Assembly: GCA_037447605.1 (NCBI GenBank)
Contig: CM074812.1
Coordinates: 3,224,001 to 3,288,000, forward strand
Reading direction: 5' to 3'
Length of the DNA stretch: 64,000 nt
Source: Zygnema circumcarinatum SAG 698-1b
Lineage: Eukaryota > Plantae > Zygnematophyceae
The notes beneath the pieces were generated by a model. That model did no database searches, had not been told where the DNA came from, and worked only from the letters and a program-made list of their open reading frames with translations. The position numbers were made by a program, and so were the translations under genes. Each line of letters begins with the position of its first letter. The first letter of the stretch is position 1. Below, in pieces: positions 1 through 17,300 of this stretch.

Positions 1-1133
1 TTGGAAATAAAAAATGGAGTTGGAAGTTCTTAAATTATGCAGCAATTTAGGTTTATGGAGTTTTAGGGTTGTGGGCTTTTAAAATTCTTGGCTCTTTTTA
101 GATTTTTAGGGTTAAGCACTATAAGGAGTGCTTATTCGGGGTGTAAATCGGAGCTTAGAGTATCGCCATTTTATGGTTTATGGTATGCATGCATTTTATG
201 TTTTTAGGGTTCAGGATTTCGATAGCTGAACTAGGTTACAAATGGGGCTTGCAGGGCTGNNNNNNNNNNNNNNNNNNNNNNNNNNNNNNNNNNNNNNNNN
301 NNNNNNNNNNNNNNNNNNNNNNNNNNNNNNNNNNNNNNNNNNNNNNNNNNNNNNNNNNNTGTATGAAGATGATGTTGCGTTGTGGCTGACATCATTCGAA
401 TTGTGATGTTGCGGATGTGTCAGTGTCTTTTGCCCTCTTTTTACATGTGCTAAATATCCATTTGCTCGTATTTTTTTGCTGTGTTTGGTTTGATTTAGTT
501 CAAAAAAAACCATAAAAATCCTAAAGCCCCTAAAAGGTCATTTATTGATAGTCAAGTCTTAATCATTACCTATCTATTTAAGGGAGAGAGAGAGGGAGGG
601 AGGGCGACAGGCATATTCCTTTACATTAAACCTTTCCCCTTTTAGCATTACTTTCATGCTACTACTCATATTAATATACAATTCACAAGATTCTCTGGGA
701 CAGTTTCTTCAGCGAGTCGTCCTGAACAGATGGTCAGAAAACATGTGAGCAGCTTTACCACGTCGAAGTGAGACTAAGTAAGCCACTGGTCACGGTACTG
801 ACAGGGAAATTTTAGATATTTTTTGATTATCAGAAGTAAAAGTTACTAAAACTACATGATTGGAGCCCATTATTGATTCTTTGATTCGTCCGCTTTTTTT
901 GCCTTGAAATCAAACCGAGAGTGCTGAAACTCCTGCACAAAAGCTACATGGCAAGTAAGCATGGGGACATAGGATTTCTACGAAGAAAACATCCTTGCTG
1001 AAAGCTGTGGAGTAATGCATAAAAAATAACAGAGAGAAATAAAAGGAAAAAAAAATCCAAAAGCATTCGTTCTCAGAAACACAAAGAGACGAGAGTCTTT
1101 AAGAGATAAGCAGAGGCAATAAAGGCACTTACT

Positions 1134-5442
<4,309 letters not shown>

Positions 5443-7057
5443 TCCGAACCTCTCCCTACTTGTGAGAGGGAGAGAGAGAGAGAAAGTGAAGGAAGAGATA
5501 GAGAGAGTGAAGGAAGAGAGCGAGAGAGAGTGAAGGGAGGAAGAGAGAGAGTGAAGGGAGGGAGAGAGAGAGTGAAGGGAGAGAGAGAGTGTGAAGGGAG
5601 AGGGATGGAAGGAGGAGAGAGGAGTAGCGGAGGATTCCTGTTCTGGAATCTGTCCCTCTCTCTCGACTGCATTTCTCAGCTCATTTCGGCGACTCCCTTC
5701 TCCCATTCGCTACCTTCCAATCTCAAACCCATTTTCTCTCTTCTGTCCCTCTTCCTCACTCCTCTACCTCCTTACCTCCCTCTCTCCCCTTTTCTCTCCC
5801 TCCCTTCCTTCACACCCTCCTAACCTCCTCTCTCTCCCTCCCTCTCTCTCTCTTTCTCTCCCTCCCTGTCTCACAATTCCCACCCTCCCTCCTCCCCGCC
5901 CTCCTATCCCTCTCTCCCTCCCTCCCTCCCTCTCTCCCACTCGTTTACACCCTCCCTATCCTTCCCTTCCCTCCTTCCCTCTTCCTCTCTCTCGTCCTCC
6001 TCGCCCCTGCCCCCCTCTCTCTCCCTCCTCCCTCCTCCCTATTTTCTCCCCCCTCTCCCTCCCTCTCTCTCCGTCTCTCTCCCTCCTCCCTCCTCCCTCC
6101 TTTCTCCCCCCTCTCCCTCCCTCTCTCTCCGTCTCTTTCTCCCTCCTCCCTCCTTTCTCTCCCCTATCCCTCCCTCTCTCTCCGTCTCTCTCTCCCTCCC
6201 TCTCTCTCCGTCTCTCTTTCTCTCCCTCTCTCTCCGTCTCTCCCTCCCTCCCACCCTCCCTTCCTCCCTCTCCCCCCGTCTCTCTCTCCCTCCCTCCACT
6301 GTGACCTGTACGAGTCACAACCCGCCCTCCCCGCCTCCCTTAGTCGGTCCTCCCCAGCCCCGTTCAGTTCTCGTATCTGCCGGCCCTTCAAACGGACGGC
6401 GGATCGCCCGTGCATGGCCACCGATCGGACGGTCGGAAGTGCCTTGCACTGACGCGCTAGATCCTTCGCACGAGTCCAAAATATACGGACAGATACTGAC
6501 ACAAATGTACAAATCTGCCGCGGATCCCGCGGATCCGAGATCGGATATTCGGGATATTTCCAAATTTTTCTATTTCCGTACTTTGCCAAATGGCCATGTT
6601 GGGGCGGCCCTAAGGGACTATGGAATCGACTGTACGGATTTCAAGTACCCAATTTGCGGCAAAGTACCAGAAGGCGACAAAAATGTGTATGTAAGTCAAA
6701 TACGTACTTTGTATGTTTGCGGAAACGAACGAAAGTTTGTTTCTTGTGCGTGTCGTGGCTCGGGACCTGGCCGGACTCTTGGATTGACGCAGATACGTCA
6801 ATATCTGTTCGTACACATCCTAAAGGACAAGGCGTACGAAAGGGCTTTCCACTCATGGCGCGCGTGCTCGGCGGCTCGCAGCATTAATTGTCGCGTTGGG
6901 GCTTAAATGCGGGACGGAAGTTGGCCACTAGGTGCCTGCCACGTGTGGAATTAGTCGTTTAACTCTGTTTCTTCATGGTTTGGCGAGGTCGTCGATTTTT
7001 TGGGGGCGACTTCGAGAGGACCGACGCAGGGGGGGTACCCGGGAGGGGAGGGGGGGA

Positions 7058-7381
7058 ACCCTAAAATCCTTAAACCCTGAAATCCTAAACCCTAATCCCA
7101 GAAACCCTACAACCCTGAACCTAAAAACCCTACAACCCTGAAACCCTGAACCCTAAAACCCTGAAACCTTAAACCCTTCAACCCTAGAATTCTAACCCCT
7201 GAAACCTTAAAACCCTGAAACTCTAAAAGCCTAAAACCCTGAAATTCTAAAACCCTGAAACCCTGAAGCCCTAAAACTCTGAAACCCTGAAGCCCTAAAA
7301 CTCTGAAACCCTAAAACCCTGAAACCCCAAAACCTTAAAACCCTGACAGCCTGAAACACTGAAACCCTAAAATCCTGAAAA
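7058..7381 (+). repeat. Degenerate telomere-like array (CCCTAAA/CCCTGAA variants)
   Basis: Repeated aaaccct(a/g)aa units visible throughout. Confidence 0.8.
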
Positions 7382-8345
7382 AAAATCATTTGTTACGACG
7401 AAATGAGCACGACAAGTATATGTACAAGAAAACTTGTCGTACTCGGATGTTTGTTACGTAACGACATGTGATAATTTGTCGGTTCGGTCACTATGTTTGT
7501 CGTTTTCTTTCTAACATGGCAGAACGAGGTCTAACAGACTTCGTCTGTCCAATTGTGCCAGCTGGCAGTCCACGCGGCCATTCTGAAGTTGTCCGTTTCC
7601 TAACCGACAGAGGACCGATCTCTCGTCGATCCCCGCGGGGTCCTTCTTTTTCCGATGTACGGCAGCGACTGAATTTTGAAGATTTCAAAAAAAAAAAAAT
7701 TCATGACGATCCTCGTCCAATCAGCAAAATTCAGAGAGTTCACTATACGGACGGGATATATCGCGCACAGAATTGCGGGGAGGTCGGGCCAACAGCGGAA
7801 TGAATAAACGAATCACAGGCAGCCACGTGGCCAACAAGAAAAACGGAATGAACCAACGAATCAAAGGCTGCCAAGCCATTCTACTGTCGACGTGGCAGTT
7901 TTTGAATGGTTAAGGCAGTCAGGTTTCAAGTCAAAGCCACACGGTTCCACGCACCTCCATGGGCGTCAATTTTTTTGGGCCCTTTCACCGTTCCTTATCC
8001 GAAAAATGCGATTTCCATGTTCAGGCCGCAACTGTATCTCGCCAGTCAGAGGTTTCGAACTTGCAACCTCCGCCCTCGAAAGTCTCCTCAGAAGCCAACG
8101 CTCCGATGAACGCGTATCCGAGCGAGGCATGGAGTACGACTGCCACGTGGCAGAGTAGCTCTGACATGGCGTCGTAGGCCTGGCGGCCGTACCGTCCACT
8201 GTCCGGCGCACAGCGACCTCGACTTTATTTTTAAAGTGCGCCTAGAGTCCTAGACCCACTCGTTGTAGAGTGTAGGGTTTCAGGGTTTTAAGGGTTCAGG
8301 GCTTTTTGGGATTCAGAGTTTTTCTGTAGGGGTTTTCTCTGTAAA

Positions 8346-8690
8346 GCTGGAAACCTTGCAAAACCTTAAAATCCTGCTTTTTTCTGTACTACTGGAAACC
8401 CTGCAAAACCCTAAAATCCTGCTTTTTTCTGTACTATTAGAAACCTTGCAAAGCCCTAAAATCCTGCTTTTTTCTGTACTATTGGAAACCTTGCAACACC
8501 CTAAAATTCTGCTTTTTTCTGTTCTACCGGAAACCCTGCAAAACCCTAAAATCCTGCTTTTTCCTGTACTACAAACCCTGCAAAACCCTAAAATCCTGCT
8601 TTTTTCTGTACTACTGGAAACCCTGCAATTTTAGGGTTTTGCAGGGTTTCCAGTATTACAGAAAAAAACAGAATTTTACGGTTTGGTTGT
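8346..8690. repeat. 45-bp minisatellite (about 6 copies) containing AAACCCTAAA, ending in an inverted copy
   Basis: Unit ctggaaaccctgcaaaaccctaaaatcctgcttttttctgtacta (15-aa periodicity in ORF 8356..8634). Sequence from about 8628 to 8680 is the reverse complement of the unit. Confidence 0.85.
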
Positions 8691-8924
8691 TGTTCTTGTG
8701 CATGTTTTTGTTGTTGTGCTTGTTGTGCATGTTGTACCTTTCACGCGTCGCCATGCGCGTTGTGGCCAATGTCCATGCGCAGCGACGTGACGTCAACAAG
8801 AACAACAACAACAACAACAACGCCACGTGGCATGCCCTTGTTGTACGGACCCCTATCAGCCAATGAGGGTTCAGCGAGCCGCGCACTCGTACCGTTTGGG
8901 TTAACGTTTGGCCGATGTGACCGT

Positions 8925-9200
8925 TAGGGTTCAGGCCCTCCAGGGGTCAGGGTTCAGGCCCTCCAGAGGTCAGGGTCTAGGCCTTCCAGGCTTAGGCTCC
9001 AAGGTGTAGGGTTGCGAGCCCAGGGTTTAGGGTTCAGGGTTCCAGGCTTAGGTTTGAAGTTTTAGGTTCTAGTCTTAGGCTGGAAGTTTTAGGTTCCAGG
9101 CTTAGGCTTGACGTTTCAGGGTTGAGCGTGTAGGGTTTAGGGTTTAGGGTTTAGGGTTTAGGGTTTAGGGTTTAGGGTTTAGGGTTTAGGGTTCAGGGTT
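8925..9200 (+). repeat. Interstitial telomeric/telo-box array (TTTAGGG) directly upstream of the PIG-Z start codon
   Basis: About 8 perfect TTTAGGG units at about 9133-9190, preceded by degenerate TTCAGGG/TTAGG units. Confidence 0.9.
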
Positions 9201-9207
9201 GCGGGCG

Positions 9208-9429
9208 ATGGCGGCCTGGGCCTGGGCGTGGTTGTGCGCGCGCGTGTGCGGGTGTGCGCTGAGCGCGTACGTGCACCCCGACGAGCACTTCCAGGGGGCG
9301 GGCCGCGCGGCGGGGGAGGCGGGGGCGGTCATGGCGGACGGGCCCGCCTGGGAGTGGGAGGGGCCCACCCCCGTGCGCTCCTGGGCCGCCATGTAAGGCA
9401 CCCAGCCAACCAGGCAGCCAGCCAGGCCC

Positions 9430-9469
<40 letters not shown>

Positions 9470-10138
9470 CGCTCTCGCTCTCTCTTTCCGTCTCTCTCCC
9501 ACTCCCTCTGCTTTGGCTCCTGCCTTCGCTCCTCTCTCGCTCCTCTCTCCCTCTCTCTTTCTCCTCATTTCTTCTCTGTCCCTTACCCTCTCCTCCTTGC
9601 CTCCCCCCTTCTCTCTACCTCTCTCTCTTTCCCTTCCCCTCTCTCTCTCTCCTCTTTCTCTCTCGCACTCTGCCCCTCTCTCTCTACCTCTCTCTTACTC
9701 TCTCCCGCTCTCTCCCTCTACCCCTATCTCTCTCGCACTCTATCCCTCTCCATCTTCCAAACCCTAATTTTCGATATCGTCGATATTGACTCCGTAATCG
9801 TTCGGCAATGCTCGCAGTGGCATCCGAAGCCAAGTCCATGTTGTCATGTTCACATCTTATTTGTTTGTTTCACCATTGTTTCAAGTTTGGGATAATTTTA
9901 CTTTTCCTTCCTTTGAATTCGCCGATAATTTTTTCTGCCCTTGTAGGGTTGAATAGGTTCTTGACATCGGGTGCGCCATTTTGGCTCCTCCGCCTCTTTG
10001 GGGAAGTTACTGGTAAGGCCATCTCTTGCTCTCTCTCTCTCTCTCTTCCTCTCTCTCGCACTCCCTCTCTCTCTCTCTCCATTTCTCTATTCCCCTGCGT
10101 CTATCTCTCTCTCTCTGCCTCACTCCCCCTCCTTTCAC

Positions 10139-10191
<53 letters not shown>

Positions 10192-11220
10192 CCTCTCTCC
10201 TTTATGGATTCAGTTCTCTAAATTTGTTCCGGCCGTTTCTTTACGCAGGGGTCAATATCGCGACATCCAGAATTTTGCTGTACTGCCCGAGAATCTGGGC
10301 AGCTCTGGCATCCTTCATTACAGGTGCTCATTAAAGAGACAACAAAACCCTTTGATCTTACACAAGCCTTGTTTGCATTCGAAATGAAGAAACAATTGAC
10401 TTTCTCTCTTTCTTCCTTTCTCCCTCTCTCACTCTCTCCCTCTCTCTCCCCCCACTCTCTCAATCTCTCTCTCTCTCCCTCTCTCCCCTCACTCTCTCAA
10501 TCTCTCTCTCAATTCTCTCTCCCTCTCTCCCCTCACTCTCTCCATCTCTCTCTCGCCCTCTCTCCCCTCATTCTCTCAATCTCTCTCTCAATACTCTCTC
10601 CCTCTCTCCCTCTCTCACCCCACTCTCTCAACCTCTCTCTCTCAATACTCTCTCCCTCTCTCTCTCCCCCCACTCCCTCTCTATCTCCCTCTCTATGCGT
10701 GTGTGCAGATTATACGGTTTTAAAATACTCTGAATTTCTTTCTCCTGAATCCTTAAACCCTAATTTCACCCTCGCCTCTTCATGGCCGATGTTAGTCATC
10801 GCGACTCGACCCTTTTCAAACTCCACAGAAACTTTTCTTTTGGCGGCTGCCCTACTTTTGACCCTGCCCGATTCCGCTGCCCGGAGAGGCGGGCAGCGAA
10901 AAAAGTCTTTTCTCCGGTCCGGATTCCTTTTGTGCTTTCTCGGCGGAGCCATCGGAGGCGTCGGAATTTTCGTCCGCCCGACTTTTTTATTTTACATGCT
11001 GCCAGTGGGCTGTGCTTTGCTGTACGGCTGCTGCGAAAAAAAATTGGAAAACATATCAGACCGGAATTTAAGGTCACGGAAAAAAAAAGACGACGACTTT
11101 CCGGAGGAAAATAGTTTGGAAATTAGATTGAAGTTTTGCAATTTTTTGCCTTGTCTGATTGGAGGAGCCGTCGCGGGAGGACTTGGCCTCGTTCTATGTG
11201 TCAGTTTGATGGTTTTTGCC
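9208..11220 (+). CDS. PIGZ: GPI mannosyltransferase 4 (PIG-Z/SMP3, GT22 family), 5' part: exons 9208-9392, 9957-10012, 10249-10323, 10709-gap
   Basis: Motifs YVHPDEHFQ, WEW..PVRS, SGAPFWLLRL, LLYCPRI, TRPFSNSTETFLL and GIFVRPTFLFY align with recalled PIG-Z motifs (YVHPDEFFQ, SGSTFWLLRL, TRTFSNTIE, GFFNRPTF). All splice junctions are GT-AG and phase-compatible. The 3' end is lost in the 100-N gap. Confidence 0.85.
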
Positions 11221-11635
11221 NNNNNNNNNNNNNNNNNNNNNNNNNNNNNNNNNNNNNNNNNNNNNNNNNNNNNNNNNNNNNNNNNNNNNNNNNNNNNNNN
11301 NNNNNNNNNNNNNNNNNNNNCTCCCCTCCCCCTCGCCCCCACTCTCCCTCTCCCCTCTCTATCCCTCTCCCTTCTCTCTCCCTCTCCCCCCTCTCCCCCT
11401 CGTCCCCCACTCTCCCTCTCCCCTCTCTATCCCTCTCCCTTTTCTCTCTCCCTCTCCCCCTCCCCCTAGTCCCCCACTCTCCCTTCCCTCTATCCCTCCC
11501 TCCTCCCCCTCCCCCCCCCGTCCCCCACTCTTCCTCTCCCCTCTCTATCCCTCTCCCTTCTCTCCCCTCTTTCCCCCACTCTCCCTCTCTCCTCTCTCTC
11601 CCTCCCTTATCTCTATTCCCCCCCCCCTCACGTAC

Positions 11636-14283
11636 CCGGAATGGAGAGGATCACTCCCGCGAACTTGGCAAACACTCCGAGAATGAAGAGGATAATGGCA
11701 CAGGCCCAGCCGGCTCTGCGCGCACCACAGCGGGTGAGGGCGATGACTCCATTGTTCTGCGCGTAGGTCGTGCAGGGGAGCATTGTGCCCAGAGCGCTCC
11801 AGCAGCACGCCAGACCGTCTGCGAGCACACCGCCCTGGATGGACTGCTCATAGTTTTCACCTGGAAACCAAAGTAAAAAAAAAAAAAAAAAAAAAAAGGG
11901 GGAGAAAAAAAGAAGTGAAAGTGGGGGGGGAAGGGGAGTTAGAAGAGAGAAGAGAGAAGAGAGAAGAGAGAAGAGAGAAGGGAGAAGAGAGAAGAGAGAA
12001 GAGAGACGAGAAAAGAGAGAAGAGAGAAGAGAGAAGAGAGAAGAGAGAAGAGAGAAGAGAGAAGAGAGAAAAAGATAGAGATGTTTAAGTTAGGAAGCAT
12101 ATGGTTTCTGGGATCACAATTGGGGGATTTCTCTTCGGTTATTTTTTACTTTTTTTAAGGGAGAAAGGATATATGCTCACCGTAAGGGACGAGACCGGAT
12201 GCTTCCGTGGTTGCAGTGATGTCTCCAATGCATTCCTGGAAGAAGAGAAGAGAGAGAGAGAGAGAAGTCACGGAATGAGTGAATAAGTGCTCAGAAAACC
12301 CAAAAAAAAAAAAAGAGAAAAAATCAAAGAAAGGATCAGATTAGAAAGCCCAAAAGGTGAGATACCTTTTTTTTCATAGACCCCACTCACTTTTTTCCTG
12401 GAAAACACTTAATTAGTTTGTTAATTGTGTGATGTGAAGGAGGGAGAAGCAACCCACCATAGAGACAACGATGTAGCAGAAGACGCAGGGGAGAACGGCG
12501 GGTGCATAGAAACCGAGCTTGAAGGTATGAACCCACAAAAAGTTGACCCATGGAGCAGCGCTGATCTCATCATTCGTCACATACCTGAACCCATGCACAT
12601 GCTCTTATAAGAGAGGGAGAGAGCGGAGAGAGAGAGAGAGAGAGGAGAGGGAGAGGGGGGGAAGGAAGGGGAAGAGAGGGGGGGAGAGGGGGGGGGGGAG
12701 AGGGAGGGGGAGAGGGAGAAATGTGGAGGAGAGGGGAGAGGGGGGGAAGGGGGAGGATGGGGGGAGAGGGGATGGGGAGAGGGAGCACAGAGGAGAGAGC
12801 AGGGGAAAGGGAGGGAGGGAGAGAGGGGGGGAGAGGGAGAGGAGAGGGAGGTATCGGAGGAGAGGGGAGAGGGGGGGAAGGGGAGATGGGGGAGAGGGAT
12901 GGGGAGAGGAGGCAACAGAGGAGAGAGCGAGGGGGGAAAGGGAGGGAGGGAGAGAGGGGGGGAGAGGGGAGAGGGAGAGGGAGGTATCGGAGGAGAGGGA
13001 GAGGGGGGGAAGGAAGGGGGGGAGAGAGGGGGGGAGAGGGGGAGAGGGAGAGAGGTATCGGAGGAGAGGGGGTGGAAAGGTGAGAAGAGTAGGGGGGGAA
13101 AGGGGAGAGAGAGAGAGAGGTAGGCAAGCGGGAGAGCAGGGATATTGAGAGAGAACCTATTGCTGCTGCACGTTTTGGAGCAGGTGGGCGGAATTCCGCA
13201 TTCCGATAAACAAACAGTCGTGTTTCCGTAAGAAGTTCCGCTCAAACTTCCAGTAATCGTATTTGTGGTGTTGTCGTATTTCAGTCCCTGAAAAGTTTTT
13301 TAAAACCCAACAACCAAAATTCAAAATTCGCAACCATCAAACATTTCGATTTATTTGTACTTTTCATGTGATGACTTTTACGGTTCAAAAGGTTCAACGA
13401 CGGGAACAGCAAAAATAAAGAAATGGGTTTTGGCGATGCATAGAGAGTTCAAGGATGAGAGAGAGCTCTGTTTTCGGGGCACCAATTAAGGCAGGGTTTT
13501 AGGGGTTCGGAAAATTAGGGTTTTGAGGAAGTTAGGGTTGTGGCTGTACCCCGGGCAGCACGTTGTAGCAGGGACACGTGGCCTTCACACAGGTCTCCGT
13601 ACACTGCGTCAGACTTGAGGCTGAGGCCACAATCATTCCCACAAGCAGGCCTACCGCCACCTGCATAAAGTCAACATAAAGTCAACATACGTCAATATAA
13701 GTCATCACAAGTCACCATAAGTCAGCATAAAGTCAGCATACAGTCATCATACAGTCATCATACAGTCGTCATAAAGTCATCCTAAAGTCAATATAAAGTC
13801 AATATAAAGTCCACCTACAGTGAACCTGAGACAAACAGAGTTAGAACCACGGCACAGAGAACCCAAAAGCAATCTCAAACAAACAAGCAACTCAATGGAA
13901 TGGAAAGTCAATTGTGAAGTAATCTTCAAAGTTCAGCATAAAGTCACAAGGGAGCCAACCACCTCCTCCAACAGAAAGTCAACTTAAACCCCATCATAAA
14001 CCCCAGCATAAACCCCAGCGTAAAGTCACCTAAAAAAACGTCAAAGTCAGCATAAACCTATATCATAAAGTCAACATTTCCCCCTCCAAACATATTTCAA
14101 ACATGGGCTGAATGCGGCGATACCTGAATGTTACGGATGAAGGGAGAGCCGAAAAGTTCTGTGAAGAGAAGAGTGATGAAGACGGAAAAGCCGAGACCGA
14201 GATATTGTTTGCTGCCAAAAGGAAGTTTCACCTCCGCGCTGCCCGAACACAATGGCTTGCTCGTCAGAACCTGCACAGAAGAG

Positions 14284-14319
<36 letters not shown>

Positions 14320-14329
14320 NNNNNNNNNN

Positions 14330-14377
<48 letters not shown>

Positions 14378-17300
14378 GTTTCATGTTTGAAATTGACTTG
14401 TCCAGATTGCCTTAGTTGAGTTATGAAGTATGAATTATGAATTAGGGATTAGGGTTATGAGTTAGGGTTAGGAGGTTCCAATACCTGCTCTCCGCAGTAA
14501 ACCCCGCCGCCCCAATACTTGAACCCTGTTCCGACGAGAGCAAAGCCTGCATCACATGATGTGGACGGTCCAACATCATGTTATGTCAGGGATGTCAGAG
14601 GAAGAGGCAGAGGGAAAGATGAGGGAGAAGGAAGGGGGAGAGAGGGAGAGATTCTTTCTTTTTTGGAAGTTGAAATTTTACCGATGAGGATGACAGTGGT
14701 GCCGGAAACCACGGGAGGGAAGATTGCGCGGAGGGCTTTGGGGGGGGCGAAAGAAATCAAGATTGAAATGATGGAGCATGTGGCCACCTGCGGGGGGAGG
14801 GGAATGGGAGAGAGGGAGGGAGGGAGGGAGGGGAGAGAGGGAGGGAGGGGAAGGGAGAGAGGGAAATCGAGGTAAGACTACGTGAGAGAGGAATCAAGAG
14901 AGCAGGAGATAGAGAGAGAGAGGGGCAGAGAGCGAGAGGGAGAGCGAAAGACAGAGCCAGAGAGAGAGTGAGGTAGAGAGAACGAGAGGGAGAGAAAGCA
15001 CAAGTGAAGGAGAGAGGTCGAGAGGTCGAGAGAGAGAGAGAGTGAGAGAGAGAGAGAGAGAGAGAGGCCTCACCGTTCCCAGAACCTTCCCGTAGGCGTC
15101 CTGGCCCGTGAGGCAGCTGCCGGTTAGGGGCACTTTGCAGGCGTTACAGGTCCCTCCCACAGAGCACGACACACTGCCGCAGGAACAGCTGCGCATGGTC
15201 TGGATGGAGGCTTCCGCTGGAGGGAGGGAGAGAGGGAGAGAGGGAGGGAGGAGAGGGAGGGAGAGAGGGAGGGGAGGGAGAGAGGGAGGAGAGGGAGGGA
15301 GAGAGAGAGGGAGGGAGGGAGGGAGGGAGGGAGGGAGGGCGAGAGGGAGAGAAAAAAGAGAGAGGTGTTAGATGCCAATGGAAAGCGTAGGTATGTAGTT
15401 GTTTAGAAAGAAAAGAGAAAATAGGAGAGGAGAGAAGTTCATACGGGATTGCATACGAATGTCAAGGGAGATAGAGGGAGACGGGGATAGGGAGAGGAGA
15501 TAGAGAAAAACGAAGAGAGAGGGAGAAGGAGAGGGAGAGGGAGAGGAAGAGGAAGTGGAAGAGGAAGAGGAAGAGGGAGAGGGAGAGGAAGAGGACGAGG
15601 AAGAGGAAGAGGAAGAGGAAGAGGAAGAGGGAGAGGGAGAGGGAGAGGGAGAGGGAGAGGGAGAGGNNNNNNNNNNAGAGGGAGAGGGAGAGGGAGAGGG
15701 AGAGGGAAATGGAGAGGGGGATGGGAGAGGGAGAGGGGGTGGGAGAGGGAGAGGGAGAGGGCGAAGGAGAGGGAGAGCGAGTGGGAGAGGGAGAGGGAGA
15801 GGGAGAGGGAGAAGGAGAGGGAGAGCGAGTGGGAGAGAGAGGGAGTGGAGGGTAGAGGGAGAGAGATTTACCGATGGGCAAAAATGTGAAGCTGATGCCC
15901 ATGACGGCAAGAAGCCCCGATCCTGTGAAGGGTGGTCCAAAAAAGAAATTATCAGCTGAAAGATAGGAGAATTCAAGGCTTCACTCATGTAATTTGTCCA
16001 AAACTATTTCAAATAAAAAAAATATATAAGCGTTTCAAGGGGTACAATTGGGGTACATACCTATGACGTATTTTGTGTACGGGATGGGAATTTGCGTGAC
16101 TTGAATGAATGACGCAATGCCGGAAATGATGAGAGCAGCGGAGACAATATCTGCAGTTGCGAAGAGGCGAGAGAGAGAAGAGGAAGAGGGAGAAAGGGAG
16201 AGAGTGAGAGAGTGAAATTCAAATGGAAAATCAGATCAGATTGCAGTGAGGGGAAGTGGGAGAGATGGTGAGATAGAGAGGGAAGGCAGAGATATGGAGA
16301 GAGGGGGGGAGGGAGAGGGAAGGCAGAGAGACGGAGAGAGGGGGGAGGGAGAGAGGGGGAGGGGGGGAGGGAGGGGGAAGGCAGAGAGACGGAGAGGGGG
16401 GGGGAGGCAGAGAGGGGGAGGGAGAGGGAAGGCAGAGAGTCGGAGAGAGGGGGAGGGAGAGGGAAGGCAGAGAGTCGGAGAGAGGGGGGAAGGGAGAGGG
16501 GCGGGAAGGGGGAAGGCAGAGAGCGGAGAGTGTGGGGAAGAGAGGGAAGGCAGAGAGACAGAGAGTGGAGGGGAGGGAGAGAGGGGGAGGGAGAGGGAAG
16601 ACGGAGAGATGGGGGGGAAGAGGGAAGGCAGAGAGCGGAGAGTGTGGGAGGGAAAGAGAATGAGGGAGAGGGAAGGCAGAGAGACGGAGAGAGGGAGGGA
16701 GGGAGAGAGGTGGCGGGAGGACAAGAGAACGAATTTAGGAAGGGGAAGGCAAAGAGGGTGGAAGGAACGAGGTGAAAAACATGTGTCAGATGGGAGGAAT
16801 GGCGAGAGTCCACAGAAGGACAAAAGTTTCTCCGAGGTTCTCCCCTCTCCCAACTATCTCTCCCACTTCCCTCCTCTCACCTCTCTCCTTCCTCTCTTAT
16901 CTTCTTCCTCTCCCTCCCTCCCTCCCTCCCTCCCTCGCTCCCTCCCTCCGTCTGTCTCCCTCCTCCCCCCTCCTCCCGCTTCACTCAGTCTAGAATTGGC
17001 GAATGCAGGCGGACCTTTCGCTAATGGAAGTTTGAAGTCTCTCTCTGGACTCACTCAAGCAGATGGAAGGATAAGAAAAAAGAGCAAACTTCGGGAGGGA
17101 ATGGAGAGAGAGGAAGAGAGAGAGAGAGTGAGAAAGAGCGGGAACGAGTGGGAGAGAGGAGGAAAGCTACCCACATTGTGACTCGTCCTGAGTGAAGTTT
17201 CCGTAGAATTTTCCACTGATGACCAGCGGGACAGTGATGATACCTCCCACCTGCACCGCCGCATCTGACTGGTGTCAGGCTCACTCCCTCTCCCTCTCCC

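Noticed and set aside
8040-8075. B-box-like GTTCGAAACC (possible SINE)
   Set aside because: No convincing A box, tail or TSD found.
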